From sequence record MW349128.1: a stretch of 64,000 nt of DNA; one strand, 5' to 3'. The stretch's first letter is position 1. Every line of letters begins with the position of its first letter. The stretch is from Staphylococcus phage Machias. The notes below the pieces were generated by a model. That model searched no databases and was not told where the DNA came from. It saw only the letters and a program-made list of their open reading frames with translations. Below are positions 51,401 through 60,949 of this stretch, in pieces. The position numbers and the translations under genes are program-made.

Positions 51401-54200
51401 CAGCTTTTTTAATTAAACCACCAAAACCTTCAGATTTTTCTTCCATCATACTATCAGTAGAATCACCAAATCCTTTAGCCATTCCAGTAGTTTTTTGTAC
51501 CATATTCATACCTAGACCAAAAGCAGGTTTTACAATTCCTTTATAAAGTCCAACTCCAGCTAATCCCATTAAAGGAACTTGAGCTAATAAAGGATTGTCT
51601 TTAATAAAACTTCCAATTAATGAAGAACTATCTTTATCACCAGTTAATTTAGAATCAACTAAAGGATCAACACTAAATTTAGCATTTTCACCGTTAGGTT
51701 GCTCTGAATCTAATTTCTCTTGTTCTTTTTTCTGTTTTGCAGGGTGATCATTAAAACCTATAAAGCTTCCTAAAGTTTTAATTGGATGTTTAAGAGATTC
51801 AATTGGATGTGCTATAGTACTCATTATTTCAGGAGCAGACAATAATATAGATAAAGGTAATCCTACACCAGTTGCGGCCAGTCCTACTCTTGAACCTACT
51901 TTCAAACCAGCTTTAACTATACCTTTACCGGCTTTAGATCTCATTAATTTACTTCCAACTTTACTTGCACCAAATTTACCTTTAGCTTTATTTCTTAGTT
52001 TAGAACGTAATCCTCTTCCAGCACCAGATAACAAAGCTCCACCAGCAGCAAATTTACCGGCAAGTGATTCACCAGCACCTATAACACTTTTACCAATTTT
52101 AGTATTAGCCATTTTACTATCTAATACTTTTCTTTTAAGTTTATCTTTATCAATATCTTTAATTTTATCTTTAGCTTTTTCTTCTATTTTATCTTTAATC
52201 TCATCTTTTAATGGATTATCTTCTTTTTCTTCTTGTTGTCTATTTACTTCAGAAGCATGAGCTTCATTACTATCTGAGATCAAAGTAGATTTTTGTTTAT
52301 CTTTATTATTTAAATTATTTCCATTATTAGAATTAGAAGAATTATTAGAATTAGAAGACTTAGTATCTTTAATATCATCCAATTTTTCTTTAATTTCATC
52401 AAATTTACTATCTTGTTTTTGACTATCTCCAGATACAATATTATTATTATCATTTTGTGAAGATTGTTGATTATTTTTTCTTACATCTAGTTTATCATTT
52501 ATTCTAGATACAATATTTTTAATTTCACTTATATCGCTATTGATAATATTAAAATTAATGTCAGAAAATTCATTGTTACCTTTAGAAGCATATGACTTAG
52601 GTTTTTGACCTTTATCATTAACTGCATTTATAGTACTTCCGCCAAGATTTTTTCTAATTGATTTAGATTTTTGATTCAATTGCATTCTAGCTTTAGTTAA
52701 ACTAGTTTTTACTTCTTTATCTTCAAATAGCTCTTCTAAAAGACTATTTACATTAGATGACTTAGTTTTAACTTTATCACTATCTTTAGAACTATTAACA
52801 TTTTCACTAATAATATTTTTTACTAATGATTTATAATCTTTAGAGTCTATATTTTTATCTTTAGCTTTACTTTCAACTCTTTTAAAGAATTCAGAACTTT
52901 CAATAGTTTTATCTATAGATTTTTTAATTTCATCATTAATAGTTTTAGATGTTTTAAAAGATCCTGAATCATAATCATAATGAATTTCTTCACCATCTTC
53001 AGAAGTTAAACCAACTATTTTAGATAAATAACCAGGAATAACTGTATTAATAGTACTATGTGTTTCAACATCAAAAGCTACTCTTTCATTTTTATTCTTT
53101 TTATTTGCTGTTGAAATTCCACCATCTATATTATTAAATAATTTATCTATAAGTTTGCTTTTCTGTTTATCTATGAAATCACGATTAGTTTTCTTCTTAT
53201 CTTCTTTATTTTCATCTTTAGTAAATACCGTTGACATATTTGTTAGCTTTTCACTAATTTTATCACTGTTTATTATATCAAAAGCTTTACCTTTAGCACT
53301 GTCTAAAAGTCCACCTTGTATGCCTTTAGTTCTACTCCCAATAATATCTTTAACTAATTCAATACCTTGTTTTTTAGCAAATTCTTTAGCTTTATCTTTA
53401 AAACCATCTGCTTGACTACCACTTAGTATATTAGAAAGAGTTATATTAGATAAGAACAAATCTTCTAAAGAATTACTATTTTTAATTTCACTTATATTTT
53501 TTACAGATGTATTATTTCTAATATCATTACTAGTTTTGATTAAACCTGTTAATCCTTCAAATAAATTCTCTCTAACATTATCATTAGTTTCTCTCATGTA
53601 ATGAAGAGTTTCCATTAAATTATTAAAACCTGTGGCATTAATTTGAGATAAATTAGATATAGAAGAAGTTAAAAGAGCAGAAGATTTAGCTGAAGATGAA
53701 TTATCATTAATTACTGTTGTTGATGAAATGACTTCAGATTTATTACTTTCTTCTTCATCAAAATCATCGAAAGAAAAATCTCCTATTTCATCATTATCTG
53801 AATTTTCATCACTCATATCAAAATCATCAAAGCTACTGAAATCAAAATCATCGCCCATATCCATTGTTCCGCCATCTAAATTGGATGATTTATTTAAAGC
53901 TCCTTTATCTATGATCGTTTCACCAGTTTTTAAAGTTCTTTTAGTACTTTTAAGAGCTTCTTTAGATAAATCTTTCCCAGTTTCAGTTAACTTCTTAAAT
54001 TGTTCTTTTCTATTATCTTTAACTTCTTTGATAGCTTTTAAAGGATTATTGTTATCAATAAGTTTTTTCATATTGTTTGATTTCATGTTATTCAAATTCT
54101 TTTTGAATTCATTATCAATGTATTTTCTAGAAGAATTAGAAGAGGAGTTCCTATTGAACTCTCTTTCTAATTTCTTATTATTAAATTTATCTTTAGCCAA
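48456..54200 (-). CDS. Giant tape-measure-like tail protein 1 (1914 aa) with a lysozyme-like domain and an NlpC/P60 (CHAP-like) peptidase domain
   Basis: Gly/Lys-rich GKxxGK repeats and hydrophobic helices typical of tape-measure proteins; AGILGNFERES...GKGLAQWDDR phage tail lysozyme-like block; C...H NlpC/P60 block (FDCSSLIARSF...HVTMYIGGG); C-terminal Ser/Asn-rich low complexity. Confidence 0.65.
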   Translation of the reverse strand: MAKDKFNNKKLEREFNRNSSSNSSRKYIDNEFKKNLNNMKSNNMKKLIDNNNPLKAIKEVKDNRKEQFKKLTETGKDLSKEALKSTKRTLKTGETIIDKGALNKSSNLDGGTMDMGDDFDFSSFDDFDMSDENSDNDEIGDFSFDDFDEEESNKSEVISSTTVINDNSSSAKSSALLTSSISNLSQINATGFNNLMETLHYMRETNDNVRENLFEGLTGLIKTSNDIRNNTSVKNISEIKNSNSLEDLFLSNITLSNILSGSQADGFKDKAKEFAKKQGIELVKDIIGSRTKGIQGGLLDSAKGKAFDIINSDKISEKLTNMSTVFTKDENKEDKKKTNRDFIDKQKSKLIDKLFNNIDGGISTANKKNKNERVAFDVETHSTINTVIPGYLSKIVGLTSEDGEEIHYDYDSGSFKTSKTINDEIKKSIDKTIESSEFFKRVESKAKDKNIDSKDYKSLVKNIISENVNSSKDSDKVKTKSSNVNSLLEELFEDKEVKTSLTKARMQLNQKSKSIRKNLGGSTINAVNDKGQKPKSYASKGNNEFSDINFNIINSDISEIKNIVSRINDKLDVRKNNQQSSQNDNNNIVSGDSQKQDSKFDEIKEKLDDIKDTKSSNSNNSSNSNNGNNLNNKDKQKSTLISDSNEAHASEVNRQQEEKEDNPLKDEIKDKIEEKAKDKIKDIDKDKLKRKVLDSKMANTKIGKSVIGAGESLAGKFAAGGALLSGAGRGLRSKLRNKAKGKFGASKVGSKLMRSKAGKGIVKAGLKVGSRVGLAATGVGLPLSILLSAPEIMSTIAHPIESLKHPIKTLGSFIGFNDHPAKQKKEQEKLDSEQPNGENAKFSVDPLVDSKLTGDKDSSSLIGSFIKDNPLLAQVPLMGLAGVGLYKGIVKPAFGLGMNMVQKTTGMAKGFGDSTDSMMEEKSEGFGGLIKKAVGGASMLLMAPLAMAGKGISNMVGATSNLIQGGIGLAKNLSGFLDDKFSSHEEDMSNQSREMVEASKEELGSYQEGIEDHASERAKKEMAEMQGMSDKASKDAKKQVEESTNKTKDNIEKDVNGVMKNSPLSIMGKISEKMHKMMPNNLMSKLKKAPKKLAETMLRLSPFYSLLSKKKKKKSKKDITDPDGEVVNKIGDWFDKLGGMMNDIMAGFMAGSSGSSSSEGSSDGGAESVDGKDVASKVWNFFAEKGLEDHQIAGILGNFERESKMDPGAEQNSGWVGGKGLAQWDDRKDNLKAFAEKKGKKWSDLDAQLDFMWYELQGSESAAWSAIKKAKNVDEATVVWENLYERAGVKVIPERQSNAKKWLDKLGGSSKKSTKAKGGGSSTVYSDTNVNQFANMVSSTSNKNKKVGKTGLVLEKPTITGGVYGKGGGSGGSERDKIKQAVQWAIAQDGATYSQSNRQGKNSFDCSSLIARSFKKAGLEMDINATTFTFRDGGTKFRKISKGTKKKIGDITLCDNDNHVTMYIGGGKQVESYYGHGVAVTPANKYQKMGLQIGITMRYGGGGPDDTGKPLDGSDKIGGSDSEGGDSNGSSAGASEYSFKNGTWYGSITGRDDNRMDEEEQEALNDRLMKRYARIYGIDYEEAKKIDEEQQAELKAKAGKEATESGSSSGSSSSSDDSEGSSGKDGSDGKDGKDGSSPSYSSGADGNNQSSSGSQGNVNNNQNNSSIINNGGNNSSTVINNNYNNGKPTTNNNSITNQTIQGNNNTVRNIYNITNNYNNSKVNYENKGPMKVDPQKRMDLDNIIKHTSNIDKNTAKMLEQLKDMSFKGKNINKDGNTTNISNTIINNKGDLVDSKGNVIIKDIQKELEKIIKENPNIINNGKDGQNGSNGNNGSNGSNGSNGNNSNNNGNDNQSNPNNPNNPNNPNDPNNPYTPDGSSQDPSTGNQDLQEAIRDSYGDRFVIDVRPAIPVFSGK

Positions 54201-54221
54201 TTTTTATTCTCACCACTCTTT

Positions 54222-57200
54222 TTATTTTAATTCTTCTAAAAGTCTATCTAATTCTTTAGTAGAAGCTAATGTATTTCTATCTATATTTGACAACATTTTA
54301 ACGAGGTCATCTGAATACCAATATTGCTCATAATCATATATATAATCTGTATTACCATTAGTTACAGTTGAATTTTTATAATTATTTACAATTTTATTAT
54401 AATGATTTGTAGTTTTATTTTTACCTTTTACAAATTCTTGTTTTACATCGGTATTATTAACAGTACTTCCTTGACCTTGATTATAATTATTATTTGTTGT
54501 ATTATTACTTGTATTACCTTGATTATTTTGTGTTGATTTATTACTATTAGAAAAACCACTATTCTCTAATGTTGGTAATTGGAAACCATTACCTAATTTA
54601 GAAATTTGACTACCTGCTTTTTCAATATTTTCTTTAGCTTTATCCTTAGAAGAACTTGCAGAAGATCCAGAATCTTTATCGTCTCCATCTTTAGATGAAC
54701 TTGATCCGCTTGAAGATCCAGACTCAGTAGCTTCTTTACCTGCTTTAGCTTTAAGCTCTTCTTGTTGTTCTTTATCTATTTTCTTAGCTTCTTCATAGTC
54801 AATTCCATAGATTTTAGCATAACGTTTCATTAAACGATCATTAAGCTCTTCTTGTTCTTCTTCATCCATTCTTCTATCATCTCTACCGGTAATAGAACCA
54901 TACCAAGTACCATTTTTGAAACTGTATTCTCCGGCTCCGGAACCTGAAGAAGAATCAGAACTATCACTATCAGAAGATTCACCATCTTCATCTTTAGAAA
55001 CTTTAGATTCAGATCCTTTTTCATCTTCATCTTTATTATCTTTTTTATCAGCTTTAGATTTTTCTTTTTCTACTTCTTTATCAATTTTTTCTTCTGCTTT
55101 TTTATCATCAGAAGAACCTCCACCACCAATATAAGGATTTACATACATTTTTATTAAATCTACTAATATCATTCTACCTTTATTAGTTGGCATATAACCA
55201 TCTTCTTTAACTAAAACAGAATTAGCTTTACTAAACCAGTCAATTATATTAGCTGCACTAGCATTAATTGATTCATTGACTGCATTCATCAAATCAGTTA
55301 AATCTAAACTAGTACCGTTTTTATTACTATTGAAATAAGTATTAACGAAATATACATTAGCTTTATCATACATATTCTGTATTTCTGATATTTCTCCTGT
55401 AGATAATCCTCCGTTTAAACCTAATTGGATGACTATTGCTACACCTGTTCTGTTATACTCATCAATATTATTCTGTAATATTCTTCTACCAGATTCAGAT
55501 CCACCAGAATATTGTTTCCCTACAGAAGCTTCTATTTTAGCACCTTTAATTTTAATTCTAAGATCATTTGAAGCATCTTTAGTTATTTCATCACCTATAA
55601 TCAAAATTTTATTAAATTGATTTGATGATCTTAATATTCCAGTTTGTTTTTTCTCTTTACTTTCTTTAATTGCATTAAATACTTTATTTACTTTTTTAGC
55701 TTTTTCTTTAACTTTATAATCATCTTGCTTATTGATTCTATTTATTTGTGTATTAATTTTATCTTGCTCTCTCTTTTGTTGAGCAATTTCTTTTCTTCGG
55801 TTCTGCATATCTTGGATGCTTTTCTTCTTAAGTTGTCTTTGCATAGATACAGAATTCATATCACCTACTAGTGAATGACCTCCACCTTTATCTTTTTCAC
55901 CTTTTTTACTACTTCCACCTTTAGAACTACTCTTATCGTCATCATCATCTGAACCTTTACCTTTTACTTTAGCAAATACATAAGGTGCTGGATCAATTGC
56001 AGTTTCATTTGAAGGTCTTCCTTTCATGACCTGGAAGTGCATATGTGGTGCAGTAGTTTGAGCCCCTGTATTACCAGAGACGGCAATTTTTTGACCTACT
56101 CCTACTTTATCACCTTTTTTAGCAGTTATTTTACTATTATGCATATACCAAGTGTAGATACTACCGTTTTTGACCTCAACGATATTACCTCCACCAACGT
56201 CTTTAATTATATTACTTACTGTACCAGGTACAATAGCTAATATATCTGTTCCTGTAGGCATACCAATATCTATACCCCAGTGTTTTGAACTTCCGTTAAA
56301 TGATAGTCCTTGATAATTACCAAATGGTTGCCAGAATTGGTGTTTCTTAATCCAAGCACCTGCAGCATTATCAGGTATTTTATTCAATACAGATTGTGAT
56401 GTAATAGAAGGTGCATTTTTATCTATTTCAATTTCATCACCTTGTAATTGTCCACTACTGCTACCTGATGAAGATGATGAATCTCCACCTGAACTAGAGT
56501 TTTTCATTTTAGACATGGCAACTACCATTTCTTCCATTTTAACTAAGAAACGTGCAAACCAATCACCAATTTCTCCTCCACCTTTAGTAGAGAAATCTAT
56601 TCCACCTTTTGCAATTTGATATAAACTACCTAAAGGAGTATCATAGAACATATTTTCTTGTATTTCTTCTTCAGCTTTAGGACCTGACTTCATTTTATTA
56701 TCAGTTATTGTTTTAAACATATCTCCACCAACTTTTGAAATTGGGAATAAAGGAGATGATCTAAACATCATTTTAGAAGTAGATAATATTAATCTTCCTA
56801 AACCTGTTTCATCTTCATTTTCTTTTTCTTCTTTTTCTCTAGCCTCAAGATTATCTCCTGGGTGTTTAGACAATCCGAAAAAGCTTCCTAAAGTTTTAAT
56901 TGGATGTTTAAGAGATTCAATAGGATGTTTTATAGTTTTGATAATATCTGGTGCCCACATTGCCGCACCTATAATAGGACCAACAATAGGTATAAAAGGT
57001 AATGCTGTTTTTAGACCAGCTTTTAAAGCAAATTTTCCAGCAGCTTTCATACCGCCTTTACTGAATAATTTATTTTTAGCTTTACCTAAGAATCCAAAAG
57101 TTTTTTTACCCCCATTTTTTATAGAGCTAAATATACCTTTACCTATAGAACTAGCTTTTTTAAAACCTTTACCTAAAAATTTACCCGTTTTAGTTAATCC

Positions 57201-60146
57201 CTTAACTGCAAATGATTTTACTTTAGGTAACTTTTTAGCACCCCATTTTACTACAGATGCACCTGTATTGAATGCACCTTTACCAAATTTAACAGTTTTA
57301 TTGAATACACCTTTACCAAATTTAACAGTTTTTCCAAATATATTTTTACCTAAATTTCCAATACCTTTTATTAAATTTTTAGTTTTCCCATAAAAGTTCT
57401 TTCCTATATCTACAACTTTACCAATAGCACCTTTAACTTTACCAGGTAGTCCTCTAACTACATCAAGCATTTTCATTGCACCTTCAGGTAAGAATTTCTT
57501 TAGTATCTTAGGTAAGAATTTTGCTGCTATAGCACCTCCACCTAACATTAAACCAGCTTTACCTAAAAATCCTAATCCTGTTCCAACACTACCCATTAGA
57601 CCTTTTTCTTGATCTTTTTTCCTTTTACCGTTCATTAATTTAGCCAAAACAGTAGCAGATAGTCCTGCAAAAGCAATTGTTCCTGGTTTACTAAAATCTA
57701 ACATTGAGTTCATTAATTTCTTAGTACCTGTTTCTTTTTCAGCTGCTCCACCAGAGCCAAATTTAAGAGTTCCTCTTAAATCTTCAGCAACCTTTGTTTT
57801 ACTAGATCCTGATAATTTTGATATAACGTCTTCACCAGTCTCAGCAGCATTTGCAGTTGATAAACCTTTTTTCATTTCATCTAATTTTTTATTATCATCA
57901 GATTGATTCATGTCGTTTATCATAGTTTTACTTTGCTTAGGATAAGCAGTGCTAATTAAATTTTCAAGATATTTTCTAGCTTTAGATTGCTTTTCTTCTC
58001 TAGATAAATCATCAATACTTTTAGTTGGTTCTTTATTTAAATCAACTTTATTATTACTCTGAGGTCCTTTAATATTCTTTATTAAATTCATTAAAGGATG
58101 ATTATCTGTATAGTTATTATCTATGATACCAGAATTATGATCTTCATTATTACCATTATTATTAGTGTTTTCTCTTAAAATAGATGAAGGATCTTTACGC
58201 ATATCATTAAATTTATTAACAGAACTTGATAGTTTACCTAATTTGTCTTGAACTGATTTTGTTTTTTCATTAGATAAATAACTAGGTAAATTAAACTTAC
58301 TAGACGAATCTATAATACTATTAATTTTTCCTATTTTATCATTTACATAATCTTTATTATTGCTTATATTTTCTGGATTAATATCGTCTAATTTACTTTC
58401 TATTTCTAAGAATAATTTTTTAAGTTCATCAAGATCATCATTCTTCCATTCGATATCAGAATAATCTTTAACTTCATTAATTTTATTTACTCTAGCAGAA
58501 CTTGATTGAGTTTCATTATTTCTTCTTTTTAATCCTTTAATATCTGTAAATGACATTAATGTTGAATCATCTTTACCAATCTTGTTATACTCAGAGCCTA
58601 TTGATTTCTTAATATTAAAAAGATCAATATTAAATTTAGATATATCATTATTGAAAATATTTTCAATAATATCTGAATAATTTATATCCTTAGTATGCTT
58701 AGATAATTCATCTTTATTTTTTACTGGTTTATTAATTTTACTTAAAGAGAGTAAGATATCTTTAATTTCTTCATCTTCAATACCATTATCAGATAAATCT
58801 TTTCCTAATTTAGTATCTTTAAAATTAAATAATGATTTTTCTTTTAATTTATCATTTATATTTTTTCTAGTATTCTCTCTACTATCCCAAGTTCCTTCAG
58901 AATAGTTATATATACTACCTAATTCACTATTATTAACTAAACCGTTAGATTTTCCTTCTCTTTTAGCAATTAGGTTACCTTGTAATCTAGATAAAAGATC
59001 TGGTATAGCTTTATTAATAGAAGTATGACTTTCCCTATCAAATTGAACCGGAGTACTTTTATCTCTTTTATTCTTAGTTGATATTGTTCCATCACTTAAA
59101 ACGTTATCTTTTAAATTTCCGATTCTTTTATTAAGTGCTTCACCTAAATTAGAAATATATTTATTATCATTACCTTTAAGTTTATCTAAGGTATTTGATA
59201 ACCTTCCTTCATCATCAGTCAGTTCACTTACTAATAAAGAACCTAAATTATTAGGATCAAATTTTCTATTAAGTCTACTAAATATACCTTTATTTTCAAC
59301 ATCATCTGGATCGTATCCTGAAGTACTTCCATACATCAATTTCTTCATGCCCATTTGAGCACCTGTAGTTAATGCTAATTCAATAGGATTTTTTGCAAAT
59401 CCCATTAATATATTCTTAAGTCCTTCAGAACCACCTAACATACTTATCATTGAATTATTTTCAATATTTGTTTTATTATCTAAATATTTTAATAAACTTA
59501 TATTGCCATTAAGTATCTCAAATAGTTTACTTTGTTTTCCTCTTTTAGTGTTTTCTTCAAGTAAGGTATTTTGATATATAGAACTCTGTATTGATGCTAA
59601 ATTCGATACAGCTGAATTCATTAAAGTACTTGTAGCCTCATTTGATATCGCTAAATTTCTTAAAGCTATATTAGTTCCTGTAAAACCTTTTTGGTTAATC
59701 GTAGCGAGATTATTAAAAGCAATTAAAGGGGAATTTACTAGACTAGATTTCTTTTTATCTGAAACATTTATTATTTCAGATTTTGTACCATCATCATTAT
59801 CAATTATTTCAGTAATTGTTTCATACTCAGGTTTAGAATTTGATAGTTCTTCACTTTCTTCTGAAAATATATCATTTTCTTTTGAACTAGATTTAATGCT
59901 TTTTATTAAATTCTTAGTGGAAGATTTAATTTCAGAAACGTTTTTAATTCTTCTTTCTTCTTTATTCATTAAATTTAATCCATCAGAACCAATAACACTA
60001 TCTAATGCTGGATTTGATTTAATAAATGCATTGAAAAGAATACGACTAGTATTTTTAGAAGCATTTTTAATTATCTCTGATTTATTATTTTTTTCTAGCC
60101 TCTTTATATTCTTTTTATTATTATCCATTACTTTTAATTTCACCAC
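54222..60146 (-). CDS. Giant tape-measure-like tail protein 2 (1974 aa), paralogue of the previous gene, with an M23 peptidase domain and an SGNH/GDSL hydrolase domain
   Basis: M23 motifs HWGIDIGMPTGTD ... GNTGAQTTAPHMHFQV; SGNH block ILIIGDEITKD ... GLNGG; GKxxGK repeats; shares the HPIESLKHPIKTLGSF and YSFKNGTWYGSITGRDD motifs with the upstream paralogue. Confidence 0.65.
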   Translation of the reverse strand: MVKLKVMDNNKKNIKRLEKNNKSEIIKNASKNTSRILFNAFIKSNPALDSVIGSDGLNLMNKEERRIKNVSEIKSSTKNLIKSIKSSSKENDIFSEESEELSNSKPEYETITEIIDNDDGTKSEIINVSDKKKSSLVNSPLIAFNNLATINQKGFTGTNIALRNLAISNEATSTLMNSAVSNLASIQSSIYQNTLLEENTKRGKQSKLFEILNGNISLLKYLDNKTNIENNSMISMLGGSEGLKNILMGFAKNPIELALTTGAQMGMKKLMYGSTSGYDPDDVENKGIFSRLNRKFDPNNLGSLLVSELTDDEGRLSNTLDKLKGNDNKYISNLGEALNKRIGNLKDNVLSDGTISTKNKRDKSTPVQFDRESHTSINKAIPDLLSRLQGNLIAKREGKSNGLVNNSELGSIYNYSEGTWDSRENTRKNINDKLKEKSLFNFKDTKLGKDLSDNGIEDEEIKDILLSLSKINKPVKNKDELSKHTKDINYSDIIENIFNNDISKFNIDLFNIKKSIGSEYNKIGKDDSTLMSFTDIKGLKRRNNETQSSSARVNKINEVKDYSDIEWKNDDLDELKKLFLEIESKLDDINPENISNNKDYVNDKIGKINSIIDSSSKFNLPSYLSNEKTKSVQDKLGKLSSSVNKFNDMRKDPSSILRENTNNNGNNEDHNSGIIDNNYTDNHPLMNLIKNIKGPQSNNKVDLNKEPTKSIDDLSREEKQSKARKYLENLISTAYPKQSKTMINDMNQSDDNKKLDEMKKGLSTANAAETGEDVISKLSGSSKTKVAEDLRGTLKFGSGGAAEKETGTKKLMNSMLDFSKPGTIAFAGLSATVLAKLMNGKRKKDQEKGLMGSVGTGLGFLGKAGLMLGGGAIAAKFLPKILKKFLPEGAMKMLDVVRGLPGKVKGAIGKVVDIGKNFYGKTKNLIKGIGNLGKNIFGKTVKFGKGVFNKTVKFGKGAFNTGASVVKWGAKKLPKVKSFAVKGLTKTGKFLGKGFKKASSIGKGIFSSIKNGGKKTFGFLGKAKNKLFSKGGMKAAGKFALKAGLKTALPFIPIVGPIIGAAMWAPDIIKTIKHPIESLKHPIKTLGSFFGLSKHPGDNLEAREKEEKENEDETGLGRLILSTSKMMFRSSPLFPISKVGGDMFKTITDNKMKSGPKAEEEIQENMFYDTPLGSLYQIAKGGIDFSTKGGGEIGDWFARFLVKMEEMVVAMSKMKNSSSGGDSSSSSGSSSGQLQGDEIEIDKNAPSITSQSVLNKIPDNAAGAWIKKHQFWQPFGNYQGLSFNGSSKHWGIDIGMPTGTDILAIVPGTVSNIIKDVGGGNIVEVKNGSIYTWYMHNSKITAKKGDKVGVGQKIAVSGNTGAQTTAPHMHFQVMKGRPSNETAIDPAPYVFAKVKGKGSDDDDDKSSSKGGSSKKGEKDKGGGHSLVGDMNSVSMQRQLKKKSIQDMQNRRKEIAQQKREQDKINTQINRINKQDDYKVKEKAKKVNKVFNAIKESKEKKQTGILRSSNQFNKILIIGDEITKDASNDLRIKIKGAKIEASVGKQYSGGSESGRRILQNNIDEYNRTGVAIVIQLGLNGGLSTGEISEIQNMYDKANVYFVNTYFNSNKNGTSLDLTDLMNAVNESINASAANIIDWFSKANSVLVKEDGYMPTNKGRMILVDLIKMYVNPYIGGGGSSDDKKAEEKIDKEVEKEKSKADKKDNKDEDEKGSESKVSKDEDGESSDSDSSDSSSGSGAGEYSFKNGTWYGSITGRDDRRMDEEEQEELNDRLMKRYAKIYGIDYEEAKKIDKEQQEELKAKAGKEATESGSSSGSSSSKDGDDKDSGSSASSSKDKAKENIEKAGSQISKLGNGFQLPTLENSGFSNSNKSTQNNQGNTSNNTTNNNYNQGQGSTVNNTDVKQEFVKGKNKTTNHYNKIVNNYKNSTVTNGNTDYIYDYEQYWYSDDLVKMLSNIDRNTLASTKELDRLLEELK

Positions 60147-60204
60147 CGCTCATATTTTCTTAATACAAATATGTTCCATCAAGTTATATGATTTGATAAT
60201 AATT

Positions 60205-60267
60205 TACAAAAAAAAACAAAAATTTCCCTAACACAAATACTCCATTTAAGGAATATAAGTGTTAGGG
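60205..60267 (-). terminator. Minus-strand terminator (CCCTAACAC ... GTGTTAGGG with a T-run on the minus strand) downstream of 60275..60937
   Basis: 9-bp stem; on the minus strand the hairpin is followed by AAATTTTTGTTTTTTTTT. Confidence 0.45.
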
Positions 60268-60274
60268 AAAATAA

Positions 60275-60937
60275 TTATTTATTTTTAACTACTTCTTGAA
60301 TTTTATCTAATACTAAATCTACATCTTTTTCTAAAGATAATTTTTCAAATAACATAGTTAATAAGAAATCTATTGTTTTATGGTTAATAAAGAAAATAGA
60401 ACCAATAATATGATTCATTTCTTTTTTACTGACTTTTTTATTTTCTTGATGATATTTTCTATTAGGTGTTAATCTTCTTATATGACCACCATTATTAACC
60501 ACTGTTTTACTTACAGAATCAATTATTGTTTGATAGAATTTATCATCACTAACTTTTTCACCTGTATTTAATACAAAATCTTTACTGAAATTTAAATCAT
60601 TTAATTCTATTACATATTTGTATTCTAAATTATACTTCTCAATCAAAGTAGAATTTATAGAAACAAAATAAAGAATTATATCTAATAATTCAAGAGAAGC
60701 TAATGAAGTTAATTCATAGCGTTCCTTAATATTATCAGTCTTTAATAAATTATACATTTCAATATTAAACTCATAAGATTCTTCAATTATTTGAGGTAAA
60801 AATCTATCAATCATTTGATGTAATTCTTCGTCACCAAAATCATAACGTTTAATTACATCAATATGATTTAAATATAGATTCTCTATATTAATATTAATAC
60901 TTCTTTTCTTATTGTAAAAATGCTTCATTAATATCAT
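60275..60937 (-). CDS. Hypothetical protein (220 aa) immediately upstream of the tape-measure-like genes; possible tail assembly chaperone
   Basis: Position and size. Confidence 0.35.
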   Translation of the reverse strand: MILMKHFYNKKRSININIENLYLNHIDVIKRYDFGDEELHQMIDRFLPQIIEESYEFNIEMYNLLKTDNIKERYELTSLASLELLDIILYFVSINSTLIEKYNLEYKYVIELNDLNFSKDFVLNTGEKVSDDKFYQTIIDSVSKTVVNNGGHIRRLTPNRKYHQENKKVSKKEMNHIIGSIFFINHKTIDFLLTMLFEKLSLEKDVDLVLDKIQEVVKNK

Positions 60938-60949
60938 CCAATCTATTTA

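Noticed and set aside
53155-57393. Plus-strand ORFs 53155..53415, 53728..54333, 54916..55134, 55429..55620, 55644..55871, 56037..56240 and 56938..57393 antisense to the tape-measure-like genes
   Set aside because: Antisense to long, clearly coding minus-strand genes. The products are low-complexity (Leu/Ser/Phe-rich), and no RBS is evident.
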